The notes: a model not told the origin generated them from the letters alone. 64,000 bases of DNA from a bacterium (GCA_965213625.1 CBDBZU010000004.1:3072001-3136000); one strand, 5' to 3'; counted from the stretch's first letter, positions 20,671 to 31,892 are shown. Program-made: numbers and translations.

Positions 20671-21453
20671 CTATAAATCATTGATGAATTGGGCGATGAA
20701 ATCTCCGACGATATCAGGTTGCTCCAGCATCACCATATGACCAGATTGTGGAACAACAAAATATTTGGCATTCGGCATCTTTTCGGACATAAATTGAGAA
20801 TATTTGGGAGGCGTTAAAAGATCATCTGCCCCACACACGATCAGAGCGGGAGTAGAGATTGATTCCAATTCGGGGATTACATCGAATTGATTGCACGCCA
20901 TGAAGTCATGATGCAGGGTATCTGCATCGCATCGCAACAAACTTCGGGTGCTTTCTCGGATAAGAGATGGTTCTGCTGTCGGGGAAAAAGAAAAATTTAT
21001 AATTTCATTCACAGTATTTACAAAATCGCTTTTCACACCCCCTAAAATGGAATCTTTCACTCTGAGTTTCGCGCCTGAGCCAATAAGAATGACACCTTGC
21101 AACAACTCAGAATGCGTCATAACACTTTCAAGAACTACAGCGCCCCCCATTGAATGGCCGCTGAGAAAAACAGATTTCAACTTTTTGGCTTTCAAGAATT
21201 CAAGAACGATGCGGCTGTATTCTTTGATATCCGAGATTTGTGCTGCATCAGATTCGCCGTGACCGGGCAACTCCAGAGCCAAGCTGCTGACATCCAGTTC
21301 CGCCAAATTCCGCATTAAAGGAATCCAGCTTTCCCTATACCCCCCTGCCCCATGAATACAGACGACAACGCTGCTTGAAACCGGGGGACCGGCCTCACAA
21401 TAGGCGATCCTGTAATCAGATAGACTTAGATCATCCTGACGCAACCAAGACAA
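20671..21453 (-). CDS. Alpha/beta hydrolase
   Basis: IHGAGG, LPGHG, GHSMGG, D..TP, GHMVMLE. Confidence 0.9.
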   Translation of the reverse strand: MSWLRQDDLSLSDYRIAYCEAGPPVSSSVVVCIHGAGGYRESWIPLMRNLAELDVSSLALELPGHGESDAAQISDIKEYSRIVLEFLKAKKLKSVFLSGHSMGGAVVLESVMTHSELLQGVILIGSGAKLRVKDSILGGVKSDFVNTVNEIINFSFSPTAEPSLIRESTRSLLRCDADTLHHDFMACNQFDVIPELESISTPALIVCGADDLLTPPKYSQFMSEKMPNAKYFVVPQSGHMVMLEQPDIVGDFIAQFINDL

Positions 21454-21496
21454 GTAAAGAGCATCCTAAACTATCAGAGAGTCATGAAATAGAGAA

Positions 21497-21823
21497 TTAA
21501 ATAGCGCGATCGATGGCAGCCTTCAAATCGGCTTTTGATTTAACTCCCACGACCTGTTCTACAACCTCACCTCCCTTGAATAACATCAATGTCGGGATAC
21601 CGCGTATTCCAAATTTCGTGGGAACCGATGGATTCTCATCTATATTCAACTTTCCGATGCGCACTTTTCCTTCGTATTCCTGAGCAAGAGCTTCAACAGT
21701 TGGCGCTATCATTTTACAAGGAGCACACCACTCCGCCCAAAAATCAACTAATGTAGGAGTATCTGAGCCGATCACATCCGTATCGAAATTTTGGTCCGTA
21801 AACTCGAAAACACCTTCCGCCAT
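21497..21823 (-). CDS. trxA: Thioredoxin
   Basis: VDFWAEWCAPCK, GIRGIPTL. Confidence 0.95.
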   Translation of the reverse strand: MAEGVFEFTDQNFDTDVIGSDTPTLVDFWAEWCAPCKMIAPTVEALAQEYEGKVRIGKLNIDENPSVPTKFGIRGIPTLMLFKGGEVVEQVVGVKSKADLKAAIDRAI

Positions 21824-22062
21824 CTCATATCCTCCGGGGCAAATTTCATCAGGCTGGATTAACCGACAAGCAACTAAAGCTATGCCAAAATTATTTTTCT
21901 CAGGCGAGCATGACTTTTCGATGAAAAACGTGGAATATCATTCCCTATTGGCGAATCGGCGTCAACACCACATTCCCTACAATCTATCGGGTTTTCTTGA
22001 ACTCGCGACTCCGGGTGGCCAGTTGGAAGCGACTATGGGCAATAAGAGGCGCAGGAGAAAAC

Positions 22063-25059
22063 TCAGGGCGTCTCAACTGGTTCTTCGCCTGGAATCTCAC
22101 TTACCAAGACCTGTCTTCGTTTTACTCCATCCGCCGGGCCGATGATTCCCTCTTGCTCCATACGTTCGATCATGCGCGCCGCCCTATTGTATCCAATCCT
22201 CAAATGTCTCTGGATCAGAGAAATAGATGCCTCCCGTGTCCTGGAGACAAGCGCAATCGCATCATCATACCGCTCATCATACTCTTCATCGTTATTTGGC
22301 TCATTCTGAGAGGCGTTTTCATCTTCTACAAACCAATCATCCCGGAAAAACGCTTCCCCTTGAGATTTCCAATGAGCAACGAGTTGAGAAATCTCATTAT
22401 CTGAAACATATGCTCCATGAATACGAACAGGAGTGCTAGACCCTGGCGGCACGAATAACATGTCCCCTTTACCTAGTAGGCGTTCTGCCCCATTTGAATC
22501 CAAGATTGTCCGAGAATCTGTTCGTGTAGCAACGCGGAGCGCCATTCTGGATGGGAAATTTGCTTTAATGAGACCAGTGAGAACATCCACAGAAGGACGT
22601 TGGGTGGCGACCAATAAATGGATACCAGATGCACGGGCCATCTGGGCCAGGCGCGTCATCGATTCTTCCACCTCACGTGGCGCAACCATCATCAGATCCG
22701 CTAATTCATCAATCACCACAACGATATAAGGAAGAAAATCAAGAGCAGACTCCTCTTTGGAGAGAGATTCTTTCCACCTTTCATTCGCCTTTTTCTCACC
22801 CAATTGCTGCGCCACGGATGCATTGTAGCCCTCGATGTTCCTTACTCCTGCCTTACTCATCATCTTGTATCGCCGTTCCATCTCCACCAAGACACCCCTT
22901 AGGCCTGCAGCTGCTTTCTTGGGATCAGTCACAACAGGAACGAGCTGATGAGGGATGCCTTCATAGATCGACAACTCCAGCATTTTAGGGTCAATCATCA
23001 GAAAACGAACCTCTCGAGGTGTGCACCTAGCCAAAAGGCTACAAATCATCATATTCAGGGCAACGCTTTTCCCTGCGCCGGTTGTTCCCGCAATCAAGAG
23101 ATGTGGAATTTTTGCCAAATCGGTAAACGCCGTTCTTCCAAGAATATCCTTTCCCAAGCCCATCGTAAGCTTATCTTCGGCCTGTATGAATTCCCTTGAA
23201 GAGAGCACTTCTTTAGCTAGAACGGCGTCACGTTTAATATTAGGTACCTCGATGCCTACAACCGATTTTCCGGGAATGGGGGCAACAATTCGGACACTTA
23301 GCGCGGATAAAGCTCGGGCAAGATCGTCTGCGAGGCCGGTAATCTTAGAAACCTTGATCCCCGGGGCAGGATCATACTCGAAACTTGTAATGACTGGACC
23401 TGTTTTTACTTCCCTTACAATTCCAACGACGCCAAATTCTTTTAAAGTTTGCTCAAGAAGTAAAGAATGTTCGCGTATGCCTGCTTCGTCCACTACCAAT
23501 CCGCCGGAGGGCGGATCCGCAAAAATATCCATCGAGGGAAGAACATAATTTTTCTTCGGTTCAGGGATTCGTTGATCCCGCTGAGTATCTTCCTCCGGTG
23601 TCTTGGAACGTACCAGGGCATGGTCTTGAATTTGGACGGCATCCGACTCGCCGACGGTTCCCGCGTGTCTCACTATAATTTCTGCATCCGTTTTTCGGCT
23701 CGTGGCCGACTCTTCAACTGGATTTTCATCATTCAACGAAGGTGAATCGGATAGCTCATCAAGTGTCTCTTCAGGGGCATGAGCCTCTTTCAGCGAAGTA
23801 GGCAATACAGCGCCATTGCCATCAAGATTTTTCTTCCGTTTAATCCGCAGACCGCCGGGCACAGATTTTCTCTCTGATTTCACCTGTTTTGCTTCATCTT
23901 CGCTTTTCTCAATTGCCTTTTGCGGAAGTTCGTTATCCACGTTCAGGGGCAAGTCGTTACGCGTTCCATAGTTGGCCAGGCGCAGATCGTCATCATCATT
24001 TCGGAGAAGCGTATCCAACGCCGTTCTTGGCATTGCTTCCTCGAAATGATTATACGGGTTTTCAGTGAGTTCAAATTCCTCCTCGCCGGCTGCCGGGCCT
24101 CGCAGCGCAGGCAACTCCGGCTCTGGAAATTTCTCTCCTCCAAACAGCGAGGGGCCATTTTGCGCCGATGGGCGTGAAACACGCCTTCCATGCTTTTGGT
24201 TTAAGGTGCATGAATTATTCGGCTCCAAAATCAACTTGCTGACATCTTTTTTCGAGTGGCTCTGCCGTGGTTTCTCGCTCTCTAAGCCGTTTTCCCCGAA
24301 AAATCCCGTCCCTGCATCTTCACCACCCGCTATCGCCTCTGCATATCCGGCATGCGGCTCCTTTTCACTTAGCGCTGCCGGAAAAGATAAGATCGCTGAA
24401 ATCAGTTTCCGGGTCGCAAATGCAACGCCCCTTGTTGACCCAAGCACCACTCTTTTGAAAACCGTAAAGATTCGCGAAAAAAACCACCAATGCGCAACCG
24501 CCAGCCCCGATATCATTTTTTTGAATGAAAAACCGGTAATGCCAACAAACGAAGCCAGTAACACGGAAGCAAGCAGGACCCAACTACCCGCACTACCCAG
24601 AGAAGTACTGAGCAACATAACGACACCATAACCGACAATTCCACCGGCCAGCGTCGTCGCACCAAAAAGAGGATCGGTTTCAAAAGACTTGAAAAATAAC
24701 CCAGAGGCACTCAAAAGGAAAAATAAACCAACCAGTTCGCGCCAACCCGGTCGCCATGAGCGCAAACCTGCGAAAGCGGTTACGCCCCATACAAGAAATC
24801 CGATGGGCATCAATACCGAGAATGCGCCCACCGCCTGAACCATGGCGCCGGCAGTATATGCACCTACAGCTCCACCATAGTTTCGGATTTGCCATTTTTG
24901 ATTGACGTATGCGCCCCAAGTCGGATCGCCGGAATTGAAAGTCCAAAGCGATAACGCAAGAAAAACCGCGAATCCAACTAAGGATACACCTACGATTTCA
25001 TTGGTTCTTTGAGAAACTGGAGATGGTCCAGCCTGGATACCCGAGCGACGAGTAGGCAT
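22063..25059 (-). CDS. ftsK: DNA translocase FtsK
   Basis: N-terminal TM domain, long linker, PHLLIAGTTGAGKS, IDPKMLE, DELADLMM, ATQRPSVD, gamma domain GYNRAAR. Start codon uncertain. Confidence 0.95.
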   Translation of the reverse strand: MPTRRSGIQAGPSPVSQRTNEIVGVSLVGFAVFLALSLWTFNSGDPTWGAYVNQKWQIRNYGGAVGAYTAGAMVQAVGAFSVLMPIGFLVWGVTAFAGLRSWRPGWRELVGLFFLLSASGLFFKSFETDPLFGATTLAGGIVGYGVVMLLSTSLGSAGSWVLLASVLLASFVGITGFSFKKMISGLAVAHWWFFSRIFTVFKRVVLGSTRGVAFATRKLISAILSFPAALSEKEPHAGYAEAIAGGEDAGTGFFGENGLESEKPRQSHSKKDVSKLILEPNNSCTLNQKHGRRVSRPSAQNGPSLFGGEKFPEPELPALRGPAAGEEEFELTENPYNHFEEAMPRTALDTLLRNDDDDLRLANYGTRNDLPLNVDNELPQKAIEKSEDEAKQVKSERKSVPGGLRIKRKKNLDGNGAVLPTSLKEAHAPEETLDELSDSPSLNDENPVEESATSRKTDAEIIVRHAGTVGESDAVQIQDHALVRSKTPEEDTQRDQRIPEPKKNYVLPSMDIFADPPSGGLVVDEAGIREHSLLLEQTLKEFGVVGIVREVKTGPVITSFEYDPAPGIKVSKITGLADDLARALSALSVRIVAPIPGKSVVGIEVPNIKRDAVLAKEVLSSREFIQAEDKLTMGLGKDILGRTAFTDLAKIPHLLIAGTTGAGKSVALNMMICSLLARCTPREVRFLMIDPKMLELSIYEGIPHQLVPVVTDPKKAAAGLRGVLVEMERRYKMMSKAGVRNIEGYNASVAQQLGEKKANERWKESLSKEESALDFLPYIVVVIDELADLMMVAPREVEESMTRLAQMARASGIHLLVATQRPSVDVLTGLIKANFPSRMALRVATRTDSRTILDSNGAERLLGKGDMLFVPPGSSTPVRIHGAYVSDNEISQLVAHWKSQGEAFFRDDWFVEDENASQNEPNNDEEYDERYDDAIALVSRTREASISLIQRHLRIGYNRAARMIERMEQEGIIGPADGVKRRQVLVSEIPGEEPVETP

Positions 25060-25435
25060 AAACTGAATCCTATGTTCCCACCCACAAGCAGAGTAGGATA
25101 TGTGTCCTCGGGCAGAGGAAAACCTAGAAACGCTATCAAATTTAAGTGGGAAATGCAAGAAAAGTTTGAGGTTAATGATTTCATATGTGGAAATCATCAA
25201 CCGAATCCATTATCTAAAACATCTACAAGTGGAAGTCTGTTCCTGCTATTTTCATCATTTTCGCCAAAATACGGCATGCCCTGGAAATATAGTTTCGAAT
25301 CAAGTTGCAATGTGGGGAGTGATATTTATATCGCTCACTCTTCTATATTAATACCTGGCATATATCGATTCAATTCTTATCATAGGGGCTTATTACAAAG
25401 ACTCCACATGCCAAAGGGAGGGGCTCATCGCCGGA

Positions 25436-28400
25436 TTACTTTACGCCAAACAAACCACGGAGTCCTTTTTGCAAGGTTTTCTCGAGATTTTTTCCAAATT
25501 GCTCAAGTTTATTTTTTTCAGCTTCTTTCCCGGAGTTTTTGTCTGGCGATGTTCTGCTGTCCTTCGGTATTGGCACTATTTTTTGCACCCCCTCTATGGC
25601 AGTGCCGAGAATTCCGGTTACGATATCCTTCACATTACCTCCCAGGTTCAGCGCCTTCTCGAACAGGTTCACAAACAAGGGCTCCACAATCGCGTCCAGA
25701 ACATGAAACTCGGGGTCATCCAAACGCCCGGTTACCTGAACATTCAATTCAATCGTATCGTCCGGCCTCTCGAAAAGACGGAATACCGTCTCGCGGAGTA
25801 ATTTCACCACGATATCGACCAAGGGAAACGTCTCGTCTGGTTTCATGCGCAATCCGATAAGCTTCGCCTTCCCGTCTAACTTCAATTGGCTCTTTCTCAA
25901 CGAATATGTGGACTTGAAATCCAGCGCGCCTCTCGTGATTTCGCTCCCTCTCATCAACAAGGCGCTTGCGCTCTCTCCCTTGCTGTCTCGGATATAAGGA
26001 GAAATTTTGCGCAGGTCGAAATGCGAAAGGTTGAAAATTCCATCCGCATCAGGGGGCGCAGAACCTGGGTTCAAGTTCGCCTTCGCCAGGATGGAGGGCG
26101 ATTGACCAAGCGTCTTGAACTCCAGACGCGTTTCCCGCAGGCTGGGAGCCATTAGCGTATCCAAATTTCTGACCGAAAGCTTGGCATCCGGAACCTTCAC
26201 AATAACCGGCGGTTTATCTGCGGCGATAAAATCTTGAAAATGAAACCCCATCCTGGCGACTTCGAATTTTTCTATTTTGACCACCGGGAAAAGAGGTGCA
26301 TTCCGCAGATTCTCGCCCTTTAGGCGCTTCCCCGATCCCACTTTCGCATCTGAAGATAAAGGAGGAACTGGGAGCTTCTTGCCCCGCGCCGTTGTTCCCT
26401 TTTCTCCATTCTTCATTCGCTGGGCTCGTTTCTCCCCTCTTTCCGCCACCTCCAATAATGAATCAAAATTGGTTGTTCCCTTCTCGTGGCGCACATAGCG
26501 AATGTTCAACTTGTTGATACGAACGCTCGGCGATCGTATCTCTCCCCGCGAAATCGACGAGCGATTCAGCGATGCACTTAAATCTCTGAGAATAACGTCG
26601 GGCTCTGAATTCGGTTTTTTGAAATTGATCGTCTTTAGCGTCGGAATTCGAATTTTAATTGCATCGTCATCCCCATGCCCCGAAAAACCACCCGCTACTT
26701 TCAAATTCGGATAAGTAACATGCGCGAGCGATGAGAAATTCGCCGCGAACGACCAATTGGTGGAAATCGATTGTGCGTTTTTACTGCTTCTCAAAAATTT
26801 CATTGAGCCATTGGCGACGCCGGCCAATGTAAATTCCGATATCGGCGCTCCCCAAATACTCCCTGCCAAACGAGCTGCACCCTCAAGACTCGATACCGCC
26901 CATTGGATTCGGCCAGATTCCACTCCGTGCATACTCCAGCTGACGGGCCTGGATGTCCTAATATACCCGAATGGCATGTTCAGATTCAGACTCTGTAACT
27001 TCCCGGATTGATTTTGGAAATCATATGCACCCACAGTTTTCACGCTGAATTTGCCCGTACGTACTTTCTTCCAATCGCGGCTCATCAGCGTCAGGAATTC
27101 TCCGCTCAAATTTTCACTGGTGAGGCCGATATTCCAGTTCACCCTTTTCCCGGGAGCGTATGAAAACTCTAATGCCCCGCCAATCTTTCCAACTGGCTCA
27201 CGAACTACTGGAGGAAGCCCCACGAATTTCACCCAATGGGATACACGGAGAGGATTGAACGACGCCGAACCCTTATAGGAAAAACCAGACCCATTTTTTC
27301 TGTCTCTCATCCCGGAGAGCGAAATTTTGAGTTTTTCATTCTTAGGTCCCGCTTTAATCGGATGCTCCAACAATTCGCCCAACCACACTTCAGCGGTGCT
27401 CAAATCCGTGACGTCGATTGTCAACGAAAATACATCCCTGCCCTCTTTATTCCACAATGCCTTGCGATTCAGATACATCCTCGCAAAGGGCAACCTCAAA
27501 CCCAACGTCTGAATTTCAGCGAATTCTTTCGAGGCGGAATAGATGCCACTCGATTGAATCCCCATAGATTCCAGGACGACTCGACGCGGCTTTTCCTCTG
27601 AAATGAGCCTGGCCCTCGCACCGAGATTCTTCCCGACGATATCCGCCTTCCACTGGAGGACGCCACCCGGAGCCGAGGACACCTGTAATTCACCGCTTAC
27701 TCGACCGGTGGCTTTTTGCACATATGCAGACAAGGGGGCCAAGTCCAATAGTGGCGCGACCTGCAAAGAGACGAAACGCGCATTCACATCTGCTTTGAAG
27801 GCCGAGAGAGTTTTCCGGTTTCGCGACACAGCGACGTCAAAATTGAGCTTCGCACCTCGTGGGACATCTCCAAGAGATACCAAGTCGAGCCTTTGCAAGA
27901 AATCATTCGCAGATGGAAAGTCACGAACCTCGATGGAAAACGCAGCTTCATCATTACTATTTACATTCCATTTCGCGGGCTTTTTGAGTTTCGCCATAGC
28001 GAACGGCAACTTGATTTCCAGGGTGTTGATACTCGCGGACACATTCTTCGTATCGATGTTTCCCCTTGAGTGAAGAACGGTTTTCCCTAAAGACAGGGCC
28101 TTCCATTGATTTCTCTTGTCCATCCTTACTTTCGCGCCGAAGTCCCGGATTTCCAGAGCCACATCCCATCCCACACGTTCGCCGGAAACTAAAACTATTC
28201 GCGCTCTTCCGCCCACCTTTCCCTTAATTTTCGAGACATGGTCAACAGGGGGAATCAATTTATCGAACCGATCCAGACCCACCGGATCGAAGCGGGACTC
28301 CACCTCTACCTGGACGAAGTCGTCCGTCTTCTTGCGAACCCGCTTCGCCGATATGATAACCCGGGCTGTCGCTCTTTCCTGGAACCCTCTTAGGTCAATG

Positions 28401-29614
28401 CCCACGACTCGTGAAAGCCAGTCGCCCGTCTCACGCATGTCACGGATGTTCGCTTCCAAATACACATCATCTTGAGCCGAGACGTTCCAGAACGAAGGCT
28501 TCGCAATTTTCGCATCCAGAAAAGGCGTTTCGACAAAGAAATTATCGATGCGAGCGGAACCATCGATCGGATTGAATCGGCCCTTAGTCTTCAACTTCAA
28601 CTTGGGCAACGCCAACTTTCGCCAATTTGATCGTTGATTTAATTTGAAATCCGCAAAAATGTTTTTACCGTTCAAATCGATTTCCCAGGCAACTGATTTT
28701 TCCGCGACATACTCGAACTTCAAGTTCCCAGAGAAAATTCCTTGCCTGAATCGATAACCAGGGATTGTCGGCGCCACCGCAGGCAGGACAGACAAATCGA
28801 GCAGGGGCATCTCGAGCGACGCCCGATAACTCGGACCTTTCAAGACAACGCGCGCATTACCTTTCAATTCGATGAGTTGTTGTCCATCCGGCCTCCGGCA
28901 TTTTCCGTCGAGAAAAACGTCCAGGGGCTTACCAGGCGTTATTTTGTCGATTTTAATATGAGCAATAGAACATGACCCATCAAAAGACGGCGCGGCGTCG
29001 CCGGCATCGAATTGCAATTCGACTTTTGTGTCATAAAGGTCGAGTTCGTGAATGTTAATTCTGAACCCTGATTCAGAATCTATCGGGGCACTTTCCGCCG
29101 CCTCGGCGGATTTGATGAATGAAAACGTGTTTTCCGCACTCGTCGAAATCGCTTTGCTTGTTCCCCTATTGAGGTTGTCGATGATGTCCTGGAAATTGAA
29201 TCTGCCGTACGTATCCCGGTGCACGCGGGCGGAGGCGCTATTGATTGTGAGTTGGAGAATGCTGATACGCTTGTAAATCAGGGTCGATGGATTCAGCAGT
29301 ATTTCAACATCGTCGAAACGAACGAAGGGTGTATTGCTCTGCGCCTCGACTTTTTCTGTTCGCCCGCCGATAACGATTCCACTCGCCTCGATCTTGAATA
29401 GTCCCAGTTCCAGCCGCTCGATGGAGACTCTTCGGCCCAGGATTTTTCGCCCTTCTCTCTCTGCGATTCTGATTATCTCGTCAGATGAAAGAAAAATTTG
29501 TGCGGCGACGATCGCAATGACGATAAAAACGAAACATATGCCGGCAACCCAAACCAACCATTTAAGGAATCGATACATAGAGGACTCATGTCGGAAATAC
29601 GGAAAGCGGCTCAT
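25436..29614 (-). CDS. Large AsmA-like / DUF748-type envelope protein with internal repeats
   Basis: N-terminal TM anchor, LGRRVSIERL, GRFNFQDI, TTNFDSLL, FDLRKISPY...ITRGAL, VTGRLDDPEF. Confidence 0.75.
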   Translation of the reverse strand: MSRFPYFRHESSMYRFLKWLVWVAGICFVFIVIAIVAAQIFLSSDEIIRIAEREGRKILGRRVSIERLELGLFKIEASGIVIGGRTEKVEAQSNTPFVRFDDVEILLNPSTLIYKRISILQLTINSASARVHRDTYGRFNFQDIIDNLNRGTSKAISTSAENTFSFIKSAEAAESAPIDSESGFRINIHELDLYDTKVELQFDAGDAAPSFDGSCSIAHIKIDKITPGKPLDVFLDGKCRRPDGQQLIELKGNARVVLKGPSYRASLEMPLLDLSVLPAVAPTIPGYRFRQGIFSGNLKFEYVAEKSVAWEIDLNGKNIFADFKLNQRSNWRKLALPKLKLKTKGRFNPIDGSARIDNFFVETPFLDAKIAKPSFWNVSAQDDVYLEANIRDMRETGDWLSRVVGIDLRGFQERATARVIISAKRVRKKTDDFVQVEVESRFDPVGLDRFDKLIPPVDHVSKIKGKVGGRARIVLVSGERVGWDVALEIRDFGAKVRMDKRNQWKALSLGKTVLHSRGNIDTKNVSASINTLEIKLPFAMAKLKKPAKWNVNSNDEAAFSIEVRDFPSANDFLQRLDLVSLGDVPRGAKLNFDVAVSRNRKTLSAFKADVNARFVSLQVAPLLDLAPLSAYVQKATGRVSGELQVSSAPGGVLQWKADIVGKNLGARARLISEEKPRRVVLESMGIQSSGIYSASKEFAEIQTLGLRLPFARMYLNRKALWNKEGRDVFSLTIDVTDLSTAEVWLGELLEHPIKAGPKNEKLKISLSGMRDRKNGSGFSYKGSASFNPLRVSHWVKFVGLPPVVREPVGKIGGALEFSYAPGKRVNWNIGLTSENLSGEFLTLMSRDWKKVRTGKFSVKTVGAYDFQNQSGKLQSLNLNMPFGYIRTSRPVSWSMHGVESGRIQWAVSSLEGAARLAGSIWGAPISEFTLAGVANGSMKFLRSSKNAQSISTNWSFAANFSSLAHVTYPNLKVAGGFSGHGDDDAIKIRIPTLKTINFKKPNSEPDVILRDLSASLNRSSISRGEIRSPSVRINKLNIRYVRHEKGTTNFDSLLEVAERGEKRAQRMKNGEKGTTARGKKLPVPPLSSDAKVGSGKRLKGENLRNAPLFPVVKIEKFEVARMGFHFQDFIAADKPPVIVKVPDAKLSVRNLDTLMAPSLRETRLEFKTLGQSPSILAKANLNPGSAPPDADGIFNLSHFDLRKISPYIRDSKGESASALLMRGSEITRGALDFKSTYSLRKSQLKLDGKAKLIGLRMKPDETFPLVDIVVKLLRETVFRLFERPDDTIELNVQVTGRLDDPEFHVLDAIVEPLFVNLFEKALNLGGNVKDIVTGILGTAIEGVQKIVPIPKDSRTSPDKNSGKEAEKNKLEQFGKNLEKTLQKGLRGLFGVK

Positions 29615-29650
29615 TGCTCATAAAAAATATTGCGGATTTCACACCACCTC

Positions 29651-29670
29651 CTGCTAATATATATTAGCAG
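29651..29670. promoter_or_regulatory. Perfect 20-bp palindrome in a divergent promoter region (possible operator)
   Basis: CTGCTAATATATATTAGCAG. Confidence 0.45.
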
Positions 29671-29739
29671 AACACAAAATAAATTGTTTCTCCTGTGATA
29701 TTGACAGCAGATACATTCTCCATTTGATAAAGCGCCTAT

Positions 29740-31035
29740 ATGAAGAAAAATCATGATAGCCCAATTGCAAATCATCCCATTTTGAAGCCGAAACAAGGGC
29801 GAGAAGTTTTTTCCTGGTGTATGTACGACTTTGCAAACTCAGCTTTTCCGACACTAATCATTACAGTTGCATATAGCGTCTATTTCAAGACAATCGTAGC
29901 CGGCGGAGGCGGGAAAGGAGACTTCCTATGGGGGGTAGCACTCTCGGTAGCCATGATTTTAAGCGTGACCATCACCCCGCCTTTGAGCGCGATCGCCGAC
30001 AGGCAAAGCGCTCGGAAACGCTTCTTACTCCTTTTCGCCTATATTTGCGTATTAGCCACCGCTCTACTGGCGAATGTAACCTCTGGGATGATCTTCGCCG
30101 GAATGGCAATTTTTATCATCGCCACCGCTGCATTCGAAAGTTCCCTCATCTTTTACAACTCTTTTTTACCCGATGTCTCCGTGCCGAAAACCATCGGCAA
30201 GATAAGTGGCTGGGGTTGGGGACTTGGTTATATGGGCGGATTACTCTGTCTTTTTCTGGTTAAACCATTTTTGGCCGGGGGGTTCTCGCCGGAAAACCTT
30301 CCTTTGTTCCGCATGAGCTTCGTTGCGGTCGCCGGGTTTTATGGTCTATTCACGATTCCGTTGATTTTTTGGCTTCGAGAAGCCCCGAAAAATAATACAA
30401 ACCCAAGCGAAAAAAGCGTTTTCGCTGAATTATGGAAAACACTACGGGACACGAGAAAGACTCCCGGCGCGCTCAGGTTCCTAATTGCCTTTTTTCTCTA
30501 TAACGATGGAATTGTCACCGTCATCTCTTTCAGTTCGATCTATGCGGTCTCTACGCTGAATTTCAGCATGGGCGAAGTATTGAGTCTCTTTATCATGGTT
30601 CAAGTCTCGGCAGGCGTCGGCGCGTTTGCGCTCGGATATCTGGTGGATGCCTGGGGACCGCGAAAAACGATTCTACTGACTCTGGTGAATTGGTGTGTCG
30701 TCGTCATCGTGGCCTATTTCACGGAAACGAAATATGTCTTCCTGGGCGTCTCGTTGCTGGCGGGGCTTTCCCTCGGTTCCAGCCAATCAGCAAGCCGCGC
30801 CCTGATGGCCAGCTACATTCCAGAGAAAAAAACCGCACAATCATTTTCGTTTTACGGGATTTGCGGCAAAATGAGTTCAGTTCTCGGTCCACTTGTTTTC
30901 GGCGGTGTTTCCGCGCTTACTGGAGAGCAAAGAACAGCAATATTATCCGTGCTCGTCTTTTTCCTTGTAGGCGGCGCCTTGCTATGGCTAACGCCTGAAA
31001 CCAGGAATTCGACTCTGCATAGCCGGAGGACATGA
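29740..31035 (+). CDS. MFS transporter (UMF1/Atg22-like)
   Basis: SWCMYDFANSAF, FYNSFLP, GWGLGYMGG, YNDGI, QSASRA. Confidence 0.88.
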   Translation: MKKNHDSPIANHPILKPKQGREVFSWCMYDFANSAFPTLIITVAYSVYFKTIVAGGGGKGDFLWGVALSVAMILSVTITPPLSAIADRQSARKRFLLLFAYICVLATALLANVTSGMIFAGMAIFIIATAAFESSLIFYNSFLPDVSVPKTIGKISGWGWGLGYMGGLLCLFLVKPFLAGGFSPENLPLFRMSFVAVAGFYGLFTIPLIFWLREAPKNNTNPSEKSVFAELWKTLRDTRKTPGALRFLIAFFLYNDGIVTVISFSSIYAVSTLNFSMGEVLSLFIMVQVSAGVGAFALGYLVDAWGPRKTILLTLVNWCVVVIVAYFTETKYVFLGVSLLAGLSLGSSQSASRALMASYIPEKKTAQSFSFYGICGKMSSVLGPLVFGGVSALTGEQRTAILSVLVFFLVGGALLWLTPETRNSTLHSRRT

Positions 31036-31109
31036 TATGCTCGCCCACTCCCGTAGAAAGCGCAACATTTTGATTGTTTCGTCCCCTTCGTCCATATCTC
31101 GGAGTAGAC

Positions 31110-31475
31110 TTGGATTTTCGTGAACAGATTTACCAAAGACTGATGTTTCATCTTGGGGAAGTCGATGTTTCGAGAGAAACCGTCGATGCCTTCACATCGG
31201 ACATCGTTCACATCCTTGACCGCATAACACAAAACAGAATTTACGGGGCCAGTTTACGGCAAATTCTACAGCGATACGCCGATGAATGGGCCGAGCAGTC
31301 TTCTCGCAGGATTTTAGATTCTCAAAATGACGAGGCTACGGAAATCGTTTACGAAATGATTGACAGACAAGCCAGAAACCGCGCTATCCGCGCACTCAGG
31401 AAAGCCTTGCTCGAAACGCTGCAAGGCCAGCAAAAACCTTTGGACGATCTCGATTTTTTTGACGAAACCGAATGA
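31110..31475 (+). CDS. Hypothetical helical protein
   Basis: Fills the intergenic gap; GGAG RBS before TTG 31110; no motif recognised. Confidence 0.55.
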   Translation: MDFREQIYQRLMFHLGEVDVSRETVDAFTSDIVHILDRITQNRIYGASLRQILQRYADEWAEQSSRRILDSQNDEATEIVYEMIDRQARNRAIRALRKALLETLQGQQKPLDDLDFFDETE

Positions 31476-31496
31476 TTCTCAAGATAGGGGTTCTCG

Positions 31497-31892
31497 ATGC
31501 CAGAAAATAATTTAGCAAAAGAAATCGCAGAACGCAGAGGGCACAGATACCCGGCCCATGAATTTATCGCCGAAAAATTTCCCGACTACATGGAAGCACT
31601 TTTACATCTCGATGAGATCATTCGTGCGAAAGAGAGAAGATTCGATGAAACAATGCATGAACTCTTTCATGTTTTAGCCCTCGCCGTTGAGGGTTCTAAC
31701 CCACATAACCAGCCTCACCTCAAACAACATCTGAAAAAAGGGCTCAAGCTAGGATTGCATCCAGAAGAAATAGCAGAAGCGCTCATGGTCTGTGTAAACC
31801 CTGCAGGCTCGAAGGTGCTCACCTATGGCGTCACTTGCATGCTCGAAGCAATGGATGAACTCAAGGAAGAGGGCTGGAAATACCCCGACTAA
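31497..31892 (+). CDS. Carboxymuconolactone decarboxylase (CMD)-like protein, no CxxC
   Basis: HELFHVLALA...HLKKGLKLG..PEEIAEAL....PAG. Confidence 0.7.
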   Translation: MPENNLAKEIAERRGHRYPAHEFIAEKFPDYMEALLHLDEIIRAKERRFDETMHELFHVLALAVEGSNPHNQPHLKQHLKKGLKLGLHPEEIAEALMVCVNPAGSKVLTYGVTCMLEAMDELKEEGWKYPD

